A stretch of 64,000 nucleotides of DNA from Burkholderiales bacterium (GTDB lineage: Bacteria; Pseudomonadota; Gammaproteobacteria; Burkholderiales; Burkholderiaceae_F), in assembly GCA_900290335.1 (NCBI GenBank), contig OKRD01000013.1:23329-87328 (forward strand). Direction: 5' to 3'. Made by a program: the position numbers and the translations under genes. This document shows, one piece after another, positions 40,266 to 53,570 of this stretch (positions within the stretch are counted from its first letter, which is position 1; each line of letters opens with the position of its first letter). Below the pieces are notes generated by a model. That model did not search any database. It was not told the origin of the DNA and saw only the letters and a program-made list of their open reading frames with translations.

Positions 40266-41954
40266 ATGGCCCACAACGATCGCTCCCGCAATGTCACACA
40301 GGGCATCGCCCGCTCCCCCAACCGCGCGATGTATTACGCGATGGGGTATCGCGACGAAGACTTTACCAAGCCGATGATCGGCGTGGCGAACTCGCATTCG
40401 ACCATTACGCCGTGCAATTCCGGCCTGCAACGGCTCGTCGATGCGGCCGTTGCCGAAATCGCCAACTGCGAATGCAACTCGCAGGTCTTTGGTATTCCGA
40501 CGGTTTCCGACGGCATCGGCATGGGTACGGAGGGAATGAAGTATTCGCTGGTATCGCGCGAGGTGATCGCCGATGCGATCGAGACCTGCGTCAATGGCCA
40601 GTGGATGGACGCAGCCCTGGTGGTCGGCGGCTGCGACAAGAACATGCCGGGCGCCATGATCGCCATCGCGCGCTGCAACGTGCCGGCGATCTTCGTCTAT
40701 GGAGGAACGGTCAAGCCCGGGCACTACAAGGACAAGGACTTGACCATCGTGTCGGCGTTCGAAGCGGTGGGGGAGTTCAGCGCTGGACGCCTGGCCGAGG
40801 TCGACTTCAAGGAGATCGAGCGTCGCTGCATCCCGGGTTCGGGTTCCTGCGGCGGCATGTACACGGCCAACACGATGAGCTCCTCGTTCGAGGCGCTCGG
40901 AATGAGCCTGCCGTATTCCTCGACGATGGCCAACCCGGACGCCGACAAGCTCCAAAGCGCGGCGCTGTCGGCGCGGACCCTGGTGCAGGCCGTCGAGAGG
41001 GGGTTGCGCCCGCGCGACATCATCACCCGCGCTTCCCTTGAGAACGCGGTGAGTCTGATCATGGCCGTTGGCGGCTCGACCAACGCGGTGCTGCACTATC
41101 TGGCCATTGCCCATGCCGCGCAAGTAGCCTGGACGATCGATGACTTCGAACGGATTCGGGCGCGCGTTCCTGTCCTGTGTGATCTCAAACCTTCCGGCCG
41201 CTACGTGGCTACCGATCTGCACAGGGCCGGCGGTATTCCGCAGGTCCTCAAGATGCTGCTGGCCAACGGGCAACTGCACGGGGAGTGCATGACCATCACC
41301 GGCCAGACGATGGCCGAGCTTCTCGCCCAGGTGCCCGAGCAGCCCCGGGCGGGCCAGGACGTGATCCGCCCGTGGGACAAGCCGCTGTACCCTCAAGGGC
41401 ACCTGGCGATTTTGCGCGGCAACCTCGCGCCCGAAGGCTGCGTGGCCAAGATCACCGGTTTGAAGAACGCCTCCATGACGGGGCCGGCGCGGGTATTCGA
41501 GTCCGAAGACGAGGCGATGGCGGCGATCCTGGGGGACCGGATACACCCCGGCGACATCGTCGTCATCCGTTACGAAGGTCCCAAGGGAGGACCGGGGATG
41601 CGCGAGATGCTGGCGCCGACTTCCGCCATCGTCGGCAAGGGACTGGGGGAGAGCGTGGGCCTGATCACCGATGGACGTTTCTCCGGTGGAACTTGGGGCA
41701 TGGTCGTCGGGCACGTCTGCCCGGAGGCCTACGTCGGGGGAGCGATCGCATTGATCCGGGAAGGCGAAAGCATCTCGATCGATGCCGACCGGCGCCTGCT
41801 GCAGCTCCATGTCAGCGAGCAGGAGCTCGCGCAGCGACGCGCCCTTTGGTCTGCGCCAGCGCCGCGCTACACGCGCGGCGTGCTGGCAAAATTCGCCAAA
41901 CTCGTCTCGAGCGCTAGCCAGGGAGCGATCACCGACGGTGACTTGAGCTATTGA
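40266..41954 (+). CDS. ilvD: Dihydroxy-acid dehydratase
   Basis: [38 protein letters not shown] and TDGRFSG. Confidence 0.97.
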   Translation: MAHNDRSRNVTQGIARSPNRAMYYAMGYRDEDFTKPMIGVANSHSTITPCNSGLQRLVDAAVAEIANCECNSQVFGIPTVSDGIGMGTEGMKYSLVSREVIADAIETCVNGQWMDAALVVGGCDKNMPGAMIAIARCNVPAIFVYGGTVKPGHYKDKDLTIVSAFEAVGEFSAGRLAEVDFKEIERRCIPGSGSCGGMYTANTMSSSFEALGMSLPYSSTMANPDADKLQSAALSARTLVQAVERGLRPRDIITRASLENAVSLIMAVGGSTNAVLHYLAIAHAAQVAWTIDDFERIRARVPVLCDLKPSGRYVATDLHRAGGIPQVLKMLLANGQLHGECMTITGQTMAELLAQVPEQPRAGQDVIRPWDKPLYPQGHLAILRGNLAPEGCVAKITGLKNASMTGPARVFESEDEAMAAILGDRIHPGDIVVIRYEGPKGGPGMREMLAPTSAIVGKGLGESVGLITDGRFSGGTWGMVVGHVCPEAYVGGAIALIREGESISIDADRRLLQLHVSEQELAQRRALWSAPAPRYTRGVLAKFAKLVSSASQGAITDGDLSY

Positions 41955-41972
41955 CGGGCCGGGACGGGGCGC

Positions 41973-43124
41973 TCAGCGCCGCTCGACCCAGTACAGCGCG
42001 CCCAGCGCGAACGTCAGCACCACCAGCGCTGGCAGGCCGGCGACGACCACGGGCGGCCAGGTGTTGATCAGGCCCAGGTGCGAGAACAGCTTGTTCATCG
42101 CATAAAACAGCACGCCGATCATGATGCCGGTAAAGATTTTCAGACTGACGGTCCCGGCGCGCACGTGCAGGTACGCGAACGGCAGCGCCAGCGCCATCAT
42201 GACCAGGCACACCAGCGGATAGAACAGCTTCTTCCAGAGCGCGATCTCGTATCGATCGGTGCGCTGATGGTTCTCGGACAGGTGGTTGATGTAGTGGTAC
42301 AGGCTGTAGGCGCTTTGGCGTTCGGGTTGCACCATCAGCACGCCGAAGATGGCGGGTGTGAGGTCCGATTGCCACAGGCGCAGCGGCTCGCGGACGACAC
42401 GCGTGCCCTCCTGGATGCCCGGCGGCAGACTCGCCGCTGAAGTCCCCTGCGCCTGGACCGGTGGCAGCTGCGTATCGACGACATCGGCCAGCAGCCAGCC
42501 GTGCCCGCTCTCGTAGGTCCCGCTCGCGGCAGTGCTGAGGGACCGCAGACGCAGCTCGGGATCGAACTCGAAGATGCGCCAGTTGTAGACCGTCCCGTCC
42601 GGGTTGACCGCAGCGACGTTGACGAAGCGCGTGCGGTCCGGCTGCCCGTCGCGACCGCGTACCAGGTCCCGTACCCAGACTCCGGAGCGAAATTCCTGCC
42701 CGATCGCCACCCCGATGGCACGCGACCGGAAGCGCTGCGCCAGGTCTTCCGCGGGCGGCGCAATGACCTCGCCGAACAGGTACGCGAGCGCAACCAGGCC
42801 CAGACCGACCCAGAGGACCGCGTCGGCCAGCCGCCGGGTGGTCATGCCCGAAACCCGCATGATCGTGAATTCCGAGTTGGCAGCAAGTTTCGACAGGGCG
42901 TAGATGGTGCCGATCAGCGCCGCGATCGGCATCAGCTCATAGGCATGCGCCGGGATGAGCAGCGCGACGAAAGCCAGCGCGTGACCGAACTGGTAGTTCG
43001 CACGGCCAAGGTCGCCAAGCTGGTTGATGAGATCGAACAGCGCAAAAATGCCGACCAGCGAGAGCAGTACGAACAGCGTCGCGCTTGCGATTTCCCGCCA
43101 GAGGTAGCGGCGCAGGGTTCGCAT
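41973..43124 (-). CDS. lptG: LPS export permease LptG
   Basis: RTLRRYL, SEFTIMRVSG, G.WVRD and LWKKLFYP; downstream of lptF. Confidence 0.93.
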   Translation of the reverse strand: MRTLRRYLWREIASATLFVLLSLVGIFALFDLINQLGDLGRANYQFGHALAFVALLIPAHAYELMPIAALIGTIYALSKLAANSEFTIMRVSGMTTRRLADAVLWVGLGLVALAYLFGEVIAPPAEDLAQRFRSRAIGVAIGQEFRSGVWVRDLVRGRDGQPDRTRFVNVAAVNPDGTVYNWRIFEFDPELRLRSLSTAASGTYESGHGWLLADVVDTQLPPVQAQGTSAASLPPGIQEGTRVVREPLRLWQSDLTPAIFGVLMVQPERQSAYSLYHYINHLSENHQRTDRYEIALWKKLFYPLVCLVMMALALPFAYLHVRAGTVSLKIFTGIMIGVLFYAMNKLFSHLGLINTWPPVVVAGLPALVVLTFALGALYWVERR

Positions 43125-43127
43125 GGT

Positions 43128-44234
43128 TCAGGACCCGGATCGCGTTGCCACGCGCGGCCAGCGCGGCAGCCAGCGGCGCAGGGAAACGCGGCGCGCAAAC
43201 AAGACGATGAGCAGCGCGATGGCAACGGCATGGGCCAGCCAAACTGCCGTGGCAAAGCCCATTCGCCCGTGTTGCACCGAGGCCTGCATGATCTGGATGG
43301 AATTGAGGTAGATCAGTGCCAACAAGGTGGCCAGGATCAGGTTGGCAGAGCGTCCCACGCGCGGATTAACGTATGCCAGCGGCACCGCCAGCAGGGCCAG
43401 GACGATGGCGGCAACGGGAAGGGCCACGCGCCCGAGCAGCTCACCCAGATTGCGCGGGCTCGGATCAGCGAGCAGCTGGAGCGTGGGCAGCGTTCGCGCG
43501 TTGGAATTGGTCAGCGGCGCTTCGGGCTGCGAATCGAGGCGGACCGCGTAGCGCTCAAACTCCAGCACCCGATGCGCCGCCAGGCCGGCCGTGCCCTCAT
43601 AGCGCCGCCCGTGCCGCAGGATCAGGAAACGCGCGCCGTCGGCGTGGGTCTCCACATCTCCCTGCGCCGCAACGATGATGATCTCGCGATCCCCGGTGCG
43701 CTGGCTCGCGAACACGCTCTGCACCCGGGCCCCGGCCACATCGAGGTTCTCCACGAAGAAGACCCGGTCGGATGCCGCCGACTCGATGAACCGTCCCGGC
43801 GTGACCTTGCTGACGTCGTCGCGGTGTTCAAAGCGCGCGCGCGCCTCTGCGATCATGCGTTCGGCCCAGGGCGAGACGAGCAGGGCCAGCGTGGCGATCG
43901 CGCAAGCGATCGGCAGCGTGAACCGCAGCACCGGCCGCACCCAGGCCACCAGGCTCTGGCCGGCGGCAAACCAGACGACCATCTCCGAGTCGCGAAAAGC
44001 GCGCGACAGCGCGATCAAGACGGCGATGAAGACGCTCAGCGTCAGCACCAGCGGCAAATTGGTGAGGGTCGATAGGGCGACAATCGAAAACAGGGCCTTG
44101 GTATCGACGTCCCCGCTGGCGGCATCGCCCAGCAGCCGGACCAGGACCTGGGTGAAGACGATGCAAAAGAGCACCGAAAAAACCGCACCTGCGCTGTTGG
44201 CGATCTCCTGGACGATCGCTCGGCGAAAGATCAT
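43128..44234 (-). CDS. lptF: LPS export permease LptF
   Basis: MIFRRA, DSEMVVW..AG, PG.FIE, G.RYEG and NPRVGR; divergent from pepA. Confidence 0.94.
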   Translation of the reverse strand: MIFRRAIVQEIANSAGAVFSVLFCIVFTQVLVRLLGDAASGDVDTKALFSIVALSTLTNLPLVLTLSVFIAVLIALSRAFRDSEMVVWFAAGQSLVAWVRPVLRFTLPIACAIATLALLVSPWAERMIAEARARFEHRDDVSKVTPGRFIESAASDRVFFVENLDVAGARVQSVFASQRTGDREIIIVAAQGDVETHADGARFLILRHGRRYEGTAGLAAHRVLEFERYAVRLDSQPEAPLTNSNARTLPTLQLLADPSPRNLGELLGRVALPVAAIVLALLAVPLAYVNPRVGRSANLILATLLALIYLNSIQIMQASVQHGRMGFATAVWLAHAVAIALLIVLFARRVSLRRWLPRWPRVATRSGS

Positions 44235-44451
44235 CGCCACCCGCGCCACCCCCCGTTGCAGGCTCTATACTCGTGCGCTCCACTGCCAGCGCGCCGGCCG
44301 AGCACGCTGCCTGCGGGACCGCTGGCGGCAAGCGCAGCGGCGGGCGGGCAGCTAGCGGGTGCGGCGTGGCGATGGCCGCCGGACGAAGATCGGCTCGGAA
44401 ACTTCGGTCGCTGCACGATGCGCCGCCAACAAGGGGGATAGGACAACTGCG

Positions 44452-45957
44452 ATGGAATTTAACACGAAGACCGCAGCGCCCGAGTCGATCAAGGTCGATT
44501 GCCTGGTGATCGGGTCCTTCGAGGACCAGGGGCTAACGGCCAGCGCGCGGCGCGTCGATCGCGCCACGGGCGGAGCGATACGCGCGGCGGTCGCCAGCGG
44601 CGACATGAAGGGCAAGCGCGGATCGCTGGTGGTGTTGCGGTCCCTGCGCGGCGTAGGCTGCGCCCGGGTTGCGCTCGTCGGACTCGGCAAGTCGGCTGAC
44701 TTTGGCGACAAGGCATTCGCCGATGCGGTGAGCGCGGCGGTGCGCGGCTGCGGCGCCGGTGTCACCACGCTCGCCTTCGCGGCCGCCGACTGGAAGGTTA
44801 CCGGCAGGTCCCCGGCCTGGGCGGCGCGCGCCATGGTGACGGCGGCACGCGCCACCCGCTTTCGCAGCGACGAGCTCAAGACCAAGGCCTCGGCCGGGTC
44901 CGGCGACAACGGCAACGGTGGCCGGCCCCTGCGCATAACCTGGCTCGCGGAGCGGCGCGATCGCGACCTGAGCCACGCGCTGCAGCAGGGCGAGGCCATC
45001 GCCAACGGCATGGAACTGGCCAAGCGCCTGGGGAACCTGCCGGCCAATGTCTGCACGCCGGACTATCTTGCGAGCCAGGCGCGCAAGCTGGCGCGCGACT
45101 GGGGCCTGGGCGTGCAGGTCCTCGACCGGCGCCAGATCGCTGCGCTGCACATGGGGTCCTTTCTGTCCGTGACCAACGGCTCGGAGCAGCCGCCGCGCTT
45201 TATCGTCCTGCGCTACCGGGGCGCGGGTGGCCGGGGATTCGCCGATCCGATCGCCCTGGTCGGCAAGGGGATCACGTTCGATTCGGGCGGAATTTCGCTC
45301 AAGCCCGGCGCGCAGATGGACGAGATGAAGTTCGACATGTGCGGTGCGGCGGCGGTGTTCGGTACGATGCGGGCCATCGCCGAGCTCAAACCCAAGATCA
45401 ACGTGGTCGGCGTCGTTCCGTCCTGCGAGAACCTGCCCTCCGGCCGCGCCACCAAGCCTGGTGATATCGTCACTTCGATGTCCGGCCAGACCATCGAGAT
45501 CCTCAATACCGACGCGGAGGGACGCTTGATTCTGTGTGACGCGCTCACCTACGCGCAGCGATTCCGCCCGGCTGCGATCATCGACATCGCGACCCTGACC
45601 GGCGCCTGCGTGGTCGCACTGGGCAACGTCCACTCCGGCCTGTTCTCCCAGGACGATGCGCTCGCCGCCGAGCTGCTCGCCGCCGCCAAGAGCGCCGGCG
45701 ACTCGGCCTGGCGCATGCCCGTCGACGATGACTACCAGGAGCAGCTGAAGTCCAATTTTGCCGATATGGCCAATATCGGGGTACCGGGAAACGCGGGGGC
45801 GGTTACCGCCGCGTGCTTTCTCGCGCGCTTTGTCAAGGGCCAGCGCTGGGCCCATCTCGATATCGCCGGGACCGCCTATCGCGGCGGCACGGCCAAGGGT
45901 GCGACGGGCCGGCCGGTTCCGCTGTTGACCGAGTTCGTGCTGACGCGGGCGGTTTGA
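44452..45957 (+). CDS. pepA: Leucyl aminopeptidase
   Basis: VGKGITFDSGG, MKFDMCG, NTDAEGRL and WAHLDIAG. Confidence 0.97.
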   Translation: MEFNTKTAAPESIKVDCLVIGSFEDQGLTASARRVDRATGGAIRAAVASGDMKGKRGSLVVLRSLRGVGCARVALVGLGKSADFGDKAFADAVSAAVRGCGAGVTTLAFAAADWKVTGRSPAWAARAMVTAARATRFRSDELKTKASAGSGDNGNGGRPLRITWLAERRDRDLSHALQQGEAIANGMELAKRLGNLPANVCTPDYLASQARKLARDWGLGVQVLDRRQIAALHMGSFLSVTNGSEQPPRFIVLRYRGAGGRGFADPIALVGKGITFDSGGISLKPGAQMDEMKFDMCGAAAVFGTMRAIAELKPKINVVGVVPSCENLPSGRATKPGDIVTSMSGQTIEILNTDAEGRLILCDALTYAQRFRPAAIIDIATLTGACVVALGNVHSGLFSQDDALAAELLAAAKSAGDSAWRMPVDDDYQEQLKSNFADMANIGVPGNAGAVTAACFLARFVKGQRWAHLDIAGTAYRGGTAKGATGRPVPLLTEFVLTRAV

Positions 45958-46003
45958 TCGCACTCGCACTGGCGCGTGCACAGTGTTGTCAGGAGTCAAG
46001 GTC

Positions 46004-46444
46004 ATGTCTGAGGCCCCGACGATTGATTTCCACTTCAATGTCGATCACTGCGTCGCCTATGCATGCCGCGTGGTGCGCAAGGCGCGCAGCGCCGGCAAGA
46101 CGGTGCTGATCTTCAGCCGCGACGACGAACGCCGATCGCGCCTGGATCTGGCCCTCTGGACATTTTCCGCGCTCGACTTCCTGCCGCACGTGGATCTGCC
46201 CTCCCCCTTGGCCGCGGCCACGCCGATCTGGCTCAGCGCAACGCCAACGGTTGCGCCGCGCGACCTGTTGCTGCTGCTCGACGATGAACCGGCTCCCCAG
46301 TTCGCCACCTGGTTCCCGCAATTTGAACGGGTGATCGACGTGGTTTCCCTCGAACCGGCCGAGCGCGCGCGCGCGCGGACGCGCTTCAAGACCTACCGCG
46401 ACGCCGGCTTCCTGCCGGTGGCACACGACATCGGCGCGACCTAG
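46004..46444 (+). CDS. holC: DNA polymerase III chi subunit
   Basis: IDFH, ACR..RKA, LD..LWTF...FLPH and AR.RFK.YR..G; pepA-holC synteny. Confidence 0.92.
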   Translation: MSEAPTIDFHFNVDHCVAYACRVVRKARSAGKTVLIFSRDDERRSRLDLALWTFSALDFLPHVDLPSPLAAATPIWLSATPTVAPRDLLLLLDDEPAPQFATWFPQFERVIDVVSLEPAERARARTRFKTYRDAGFLPVAHDIGAT

Positions 46445-46467
46445 CACGCCGCGACGAGCCCACCGCG

Positions 46468-47076
46468 ATGAACATGCCCCCGAAGAAACCAGCAGCTCCG
46501 GTCGCGGCGGCCGGCGCCGACGACGCGTCGATACCGGTGCTCACCGAGCGCCTGGGATTGCCGCCGCTCGAGTTCGACACGACCTTGCCGCTCATCGAGA
46601 CGACTGGGCAGAACCCGCACCCCGCTTTTGAGGGCCTGACCGCCTTGCCCCATCCGCCGCGGGCGGCGGCGCCGGTGGCCGCACCCGCGCTCCCGCGCGA
46701 GGCTACGGGGGCGCGCGCGAGCGCGCCCCAGAGCGAGCCCGAGGCCTCGGGCGAGGCCGTCGTCCCGCGCGAGGCGGTAAGCGTGCTGGGCGCAACCGGC
46801 GGCAGTTCGCTCCCGGCGGGACGCTCCGCGGCCGACGGCCGCCACTGGGCACGGATCGAGATCGAACTGCGAACGTCGATTCTGCGCGAGATCGCCGATC
46901 AGCTGCCGCGCGAAGTCGAATCGATCGTGCGCACCCGCATGAACGCCACGATCGACCGCGTGCTGAGCAGCCTGGCGGCGGAGACGCGGCTTGCCATCGC
47001 CGCCTCGCTGCGCGATATCGTCGAACATGCGGTGCACGCCGAGTTAGAGCGCCTGCGCAATTCCAACCGAGGATAG
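46468..47076 (+). CDS. Uncharacterised protein (DUF2486-like) with PopZ-like architecture
   Basis: N-terminal [10 protein letters not shown] motif, Pro/Ala/Glu-rich linker and C-terminal amphipathic helices ending [16 protein letters not shown]; lies between holC and valS. Confidence 0.75.
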   Translation: MNMPPKKPAAPVAAAGADDASIPVLTERLGLPPLEFDTTLPLIETTGQNPHPAFEGLTALPHPPRAAAPVAAPALPREATGARASAPQSEPEASGEAVVPREAVSVLGATGGSSLPAGRSAADGRHWARIEIELRTSILREIADQLPREVESIVRTRMNATIDRVLSSLAAETRLAIAASLRDIVEHAVHAELERLRNSNRG

Positions 47077-47078
47077 TT

Positions 47079-49940
47079 TTGACCGCATCCGCAGAAGCAA
47101 CGCTGGCAACAGCGCTGCCCAAGAGTTTCGACCCCGGCGATATCGAGCGCCGCTGGTATCCCATCTGGGAAGCGCGCGGCTACTTCGACGCCGGCGCACG
47201 GCCGGGCCGGCCGTCCTTTGGCATCCAGCTGCCACCGCCGAACGTCACCGGCATCCTGCACATGGGTCACGCGTTCAATCAGACCATCATGGATGCGCTG
47301 ACGCGCTACCACCGCATGCTGGGACACAACACCTTGTGGCTGCCCGGCATCGACCACGCCGGCATCGCGACCCAGATCGTGGTCGAGCGGCAACTGGAGC
47401 TACAGGGCATCCGCCGGCGAGAAATGAACCGCGCCGATTTCGTCCAAAAGGTCTGGGAATGGAAGCAATACTCGGGCGACACGATTCTCCAGCAAATGCG
47501 GCGCCTGGGCGACTCCTGCGACTGGAAGCGCGCCTATTTCACGATGGACGAGGCGCGCTCGCGCGCCGTGATCGACACCTTCGTGCAGCTCTACGAGCAG
47601 GGGCTGATCTATCGCGGCCAGCGCCTTGTCAACTGGGACCCGAAATTGCAGACCGCGGTATCGGACCTGGAAGTCGAATCCCAGGAGGAGGACGGCCGCA
47701 TCTGGGAGATCCGCTACCCGGCAGCCGACGGCGGTGCCGGCCTGGTCGTCGCCACGACGCGGCCCGAAACCATGCTGGGCGACGTCGCCGTGGCCGTGCA
47801 TCCCGGCGATCCGCGTTACCAGTCGGCGATCGGCGGCCGACTGCAGCTTCCGCTTTGCGACCGGACCATCCCCGTCGTCGGCGATGCCTTCGTCGACGCG
47901 GCGTTCGGCACCGGCTGCGTCAAGATAACCCCGGCGCACGACTTCAACGACTTCGCCGTCGCCCAGCGGCACGCGCTGGCGCCGGTTTCCATTTTCACGC
48001 CGACCGCGACTATCAACGCGAACGCGCCCGCTCGCTTCCGCGACCTGGACCGGTACGCTGCCCGCCAGGCGGTGCTCGGCGAACTGCGCGAGGCCGGATT
48101 GTTGGTCTCCGAAAAGCCGCACCGCATGACGGTACCCCGCTGCGAGCGCACCGGCGAAGTCGTCGAACCGATGCTCTCGGACCAATGGTACGTGGCCATG
48201 AGCAAGCCGACCCCGCCGGGCACTCCCAACGCGGGGAAAACCCTAGCGGAGGCGGCCCTGGCCGCCGTCGATAGCGGCGCCATCCGCATCGTTCCCGATC
48301 AATGGCGGCTGGTGTACCGCCAGTGGCTGACGAACATCCAGGACTGGTGCATTTCCCGTCAGCTCTGGTGGGGCCATCAGATCCCCGCCTGGCACGACGA
48401 GCAGGGTCGGATCATCGTCGCCCGCACGCAGGACGAGGCGCTGCGCAAGGCGCAGGACGCGGGCGGCGCAAGCGTCCTGCGGCGCGACCCGGACGTCCTT
48501 GACACGTGGTTTTCCTCGGCGTTGGTCCCATTCTCCACCTTCGGTTCGCCGCAATCGGACGTCTTCGATCGCGCCGCCTACGATCGCTACCTGCCCTCCA
48601 CCGTGCTGGTGACCGGGCACGAGATCTTGTTCTTCTGGGTCGCACGCATGGTCGTCATGACGACGCATTTCACCGGCCGGGTGCCGTTTCGCGACGTCTA
48701 TATCCACGGCATCGTGCGGGACGCCGAGGGCAAGAAGATGAGCAAATCCGAGGGCAACACGATCGACCCGGTCGATCTGCTCGACGGCATCGACCTGGAG
48801 ACGCTCGTGCGCAAGAACACCACGGGCCTGCGCCGGCCCGAGGATGCGCCCAAGGTCGAGCAGCGCCTGCGCCGCGATTTCCCGGCGGGTATGCCCGCCT
48901 ACGGCGCCGACGCGCTGCGCTTCACCATGGCCGCCTACGCGACGCTCGGGCGCAACGTCAACTTCGACTTCAAGCGCTGTGAGGGCTACCGCAACTTCTG
49001 CAACAAGTTGTGGAACGCCACACGCTTCGTGCTGATGAACACGGAGGGGCGCGATTGCGGCAGCGGCGCCGCGGACCAAGCCTGCGAGTGGTCTTTCGTC
49101 GATCGCTGGATCCTAGGCGAGTTGCAGCGTACCGTGGCCGAGGTGGAAAAGGGCTACGCCGACTATCGCCTCGACAACGTGGCGCAGGCGATCTACCGCT
49201 TCGCCTGGGACGAGTATTGCGACTGGTATCTGGAACTGGCCAAGGTGCAACTGGCGCGCGGCAACGAAGCGCAGCAGCGAGGCACGCGGCAGACCCTGGT
49301 GAACGTGCTCGAGGCGCTGCTGCGATTGGCGCATCCGATCATCCCCTTCATCACCGAGGAGCTGTGGCAGAAGGTGTCGCTGCTGGCCGGCAAGCAAGCG
49401 CCTGGCGAGCCGACGTCCATCATGGTCCAGCCGTATCCGCGCCATGGCCAAGCGCCCGTCGATCCGGCCGCGGACGCGGAAGTGCGCACGTTGAAGCAAT
49501 TGATCGACGCGGCACGCAACCTGCGCGGGGAGATGAACCTTGCTCCTGCCGTCAAGGTCCCGATGGTGATATCGCCGTCGAGTCCGCAGGTCGCGGCCTT
49601 CGCTCCCTACCTGATGGCGCTTGCCCGGCTCGAGTCGGTGCAGGCGACCGACGACCTGGCCGCGGATGGCGTGACCGAGCGCGCGCCTGCCGTGGTGGTC
49701 GACGACTACCGCTTCTTGTTGCTGGTGCAGGTGAACGTGGCGGCCGAGCGCGAGCGACTGGCCAAGGAAGTCGCCCGCCTGCAAGCGGAAATCGGCAAGG
49801 CCCAGGGGCGACTTTCGATGCCGAGCTTCGTGGCGCGTGCACCCGCAACGATCGTCGCCCAGGAGCGCGAGCGGCTGGCGCAGTTTGCGGCCACGCTGGC
49901 CAAGGTGCAGGAAGAGGCCGCCCGCCTGCCCTCGGCCTAG
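47079..49940 (+). CDS. valS: Valine--tRNA ligase
   Basis: [29 protein letters not shown] and a C-terminal coiled coil. Confidence 0.98.
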   Translation: MTASAEATLATALPKSFDPGDIERRWYPIWEARGYFDAGARPGRPSFGIQLPPPNVTGILHMGHAFNQTIMDALTRYHRMLGHNTLWLPGIDHAGIATQIVVERQLELQGIRRREMNRADFVQKVWEWKQYSGDTILQQMRRLGDSCDWKRAYFTMDEARSRAVIDTFVQLYEQGLIYRGQRLVNWDPKLQTAVSDLEVESQEEDGRIWEIRYPAADGGAGLVVATTRPETMLGDVAVAVHPGDPRYQSAIGGRLQLPLCDRTIPVVGDAFVDAAFGTGCVKITPAHDFNDFAVAQRHALAPVSIFTPTATINANAPARFRDLDRYAARQAVLGELREAGLLVSEKPHRMTVPRCERTGEVVEPMLSDQWYVAMSKPTPPGTPNAGKTLAEAALAAVDSGAIRIVPDQWRLVYRQWLTNIQDWCISRQLWWGHQIPAWHDEQGRIIVARTQDEALRKAQDAGGASVLRRDPDVLDTWFSSALVPFSTFGSPQSDVFDRAAYDRYLPSTVLVTGHEILFFWVARMVVMTTHFTGRVPFRDVYIHGIVRDAEGKKMSKSEGNTIDPVDLLDGIDLETLVRKNTTGLRRPEDAPKVEQRLRRDFPAGMPAYGADALRFTMAAYATLGRNVNFDFKRCEGYRNFCNKLWNATRFVLMNTEGRDCGSGAADQACEWSFVDRWILGELQRTVAEVEKGYADYRLDNVAQAIYRFAWDEYCDWYLELAKVQLARGNEAQQRGTRQTLVNVLEALLRLAHPIIPFITEELWQKVSLLAGKQAPGEPTSIMVQPYPRHGQAPVDPAADAEVRTLKQLIDAARNLRGEMNLAPAVKVPMVISPSSPQVAAFAPYLMALARLESVQATDDLAADGVTERAPAVVVDDYRFLLLVQVNVAAERERLAKEVARLQAEIGKAQGRLSMPSFVARAPATIVAQERERLAQFAATLAKVQEEAARLPSA

Positions 49941-50003
49941 CCGGGACGTCGAGGCACAGCCCGCGCAGCCGCCGGCGGCGACTGCGCCAAGCTCGGCCCA
50001 AGC

Positions 50004-50399
50004 CTACTGCGGTGAGGCGGCTGGAGAATGGGTCGCCGGCGGCTCGTCGACCGCGGTCACGGAGTCGACCCAGTACTCGGTCTCGCCGAAGCACGTCCCT
50101 GGCAGCCCGCGATGCTGCTCGTAGTGCAGCATCACACGCTGACCCACGGCCTTGCTGATGCGGGACGCGACCGCCTCGTCGCGCACGGTGAAGAGAAACT
50201 TCTCGGGCACGGAGCCCGGCAGTGACACCATGGCGAGTTCCCCCTCCCAGGTCTTGCAAATCCAGCCTTTGCGGCTGAACTTCTGGATCCAGCCGGCGCG
50301 CTCGCCGTTCGAATACGACCACTGAAAAACAACCACAAGATACAGGGCCAGGACGGCAAGGCCGCCGAGCACCGTCCATAACAGCAATCGCCGCAACAT
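50004..50399 (-). CDS. Conserved hypothetical single-TM protein
   Basis: N-terminal TM, then YSNGERAG..KFS.KG..CKTWEGEL...F.F.V...G..V.L.Y, a recognisable conserved family of unknown function. Confidence 0.75.
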   Translation of the reverse strand: MLRRLLLWTVLGGLAVLALYLVVVFQWSYSNGERAGWIQKFSRKGWICKTWEGELAMVSLPGSVPEKFLFTVRDEAVASRISKAVGQRVMLHYEQHRGLPGTCFGETEYWVDSVTAVDEPPATHSPAASPQ

Positions 50400-50463
50400 C
50401 GTCAACTTTGGCACCGGGCCAACCGCTTCGACACAAGTAGCGAAACCCTCATCGGCGCGCTCT

Positions 50464-50718
50464 TCAACGTCGCCGCAGGTAGTGCAGGAACTCCTTGCCT
50501 ACGGTCTGCTGCCCGAGCAAGGCGTTGCCCGTCTGGCGCGCGAACGCCTGGAAGTCGCGCATCGAACCCGGGTCCGTGCAGGTGATCTTCAGCACCTGCC
50601 CGCTCGGCATGTCTGCCAGCGCCTTTTTGGCGCGCAGTATCGGCAGCGGACAGTTCAGGCCGCGCGCGTCGACTTCGCGGTCAAACTTGTTGTCTTCGGT
50701 TGCTGCCGGTGCATTCAT
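50464..50718 (-). CDS. tusA: TusA/SirA-family sulfur carrier
   Basis: DARGLNCPLP motif and D.GS..DF; start ATG at 50718. Confidence 0.9.
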   Translation of the reverse strand: MNAPAATEDNKFDREVDARGLNCPLPILRAKKALADMPSGQVLKITCTDPGSMRDFQAFARQTGNALLGQQTVGKEFLHYLRRR

Positions 50719-50821
50719 CTTCGTCCTCCCGTGCATCCCGGACCCGCCGGCGCGCCACAAGGCCGGCGCCCCGAGCGGATCCCAAAAGTCCCGGGCACGG
50801 CCAACCGACGGCGGTGCGCCG

Positions 50822-53461
<2,640 letters not shown>

Positions 53462-53570
53462 GGGTGCGCTCGATCCCGACCAGGCGGGAGGGGACACGTG
53501 CGGTTCGGACATCGGCCGCACATGATACTGGTCCTGCGGCGCGGACGCCGCGCGAGCGCAAAATGCGGGT

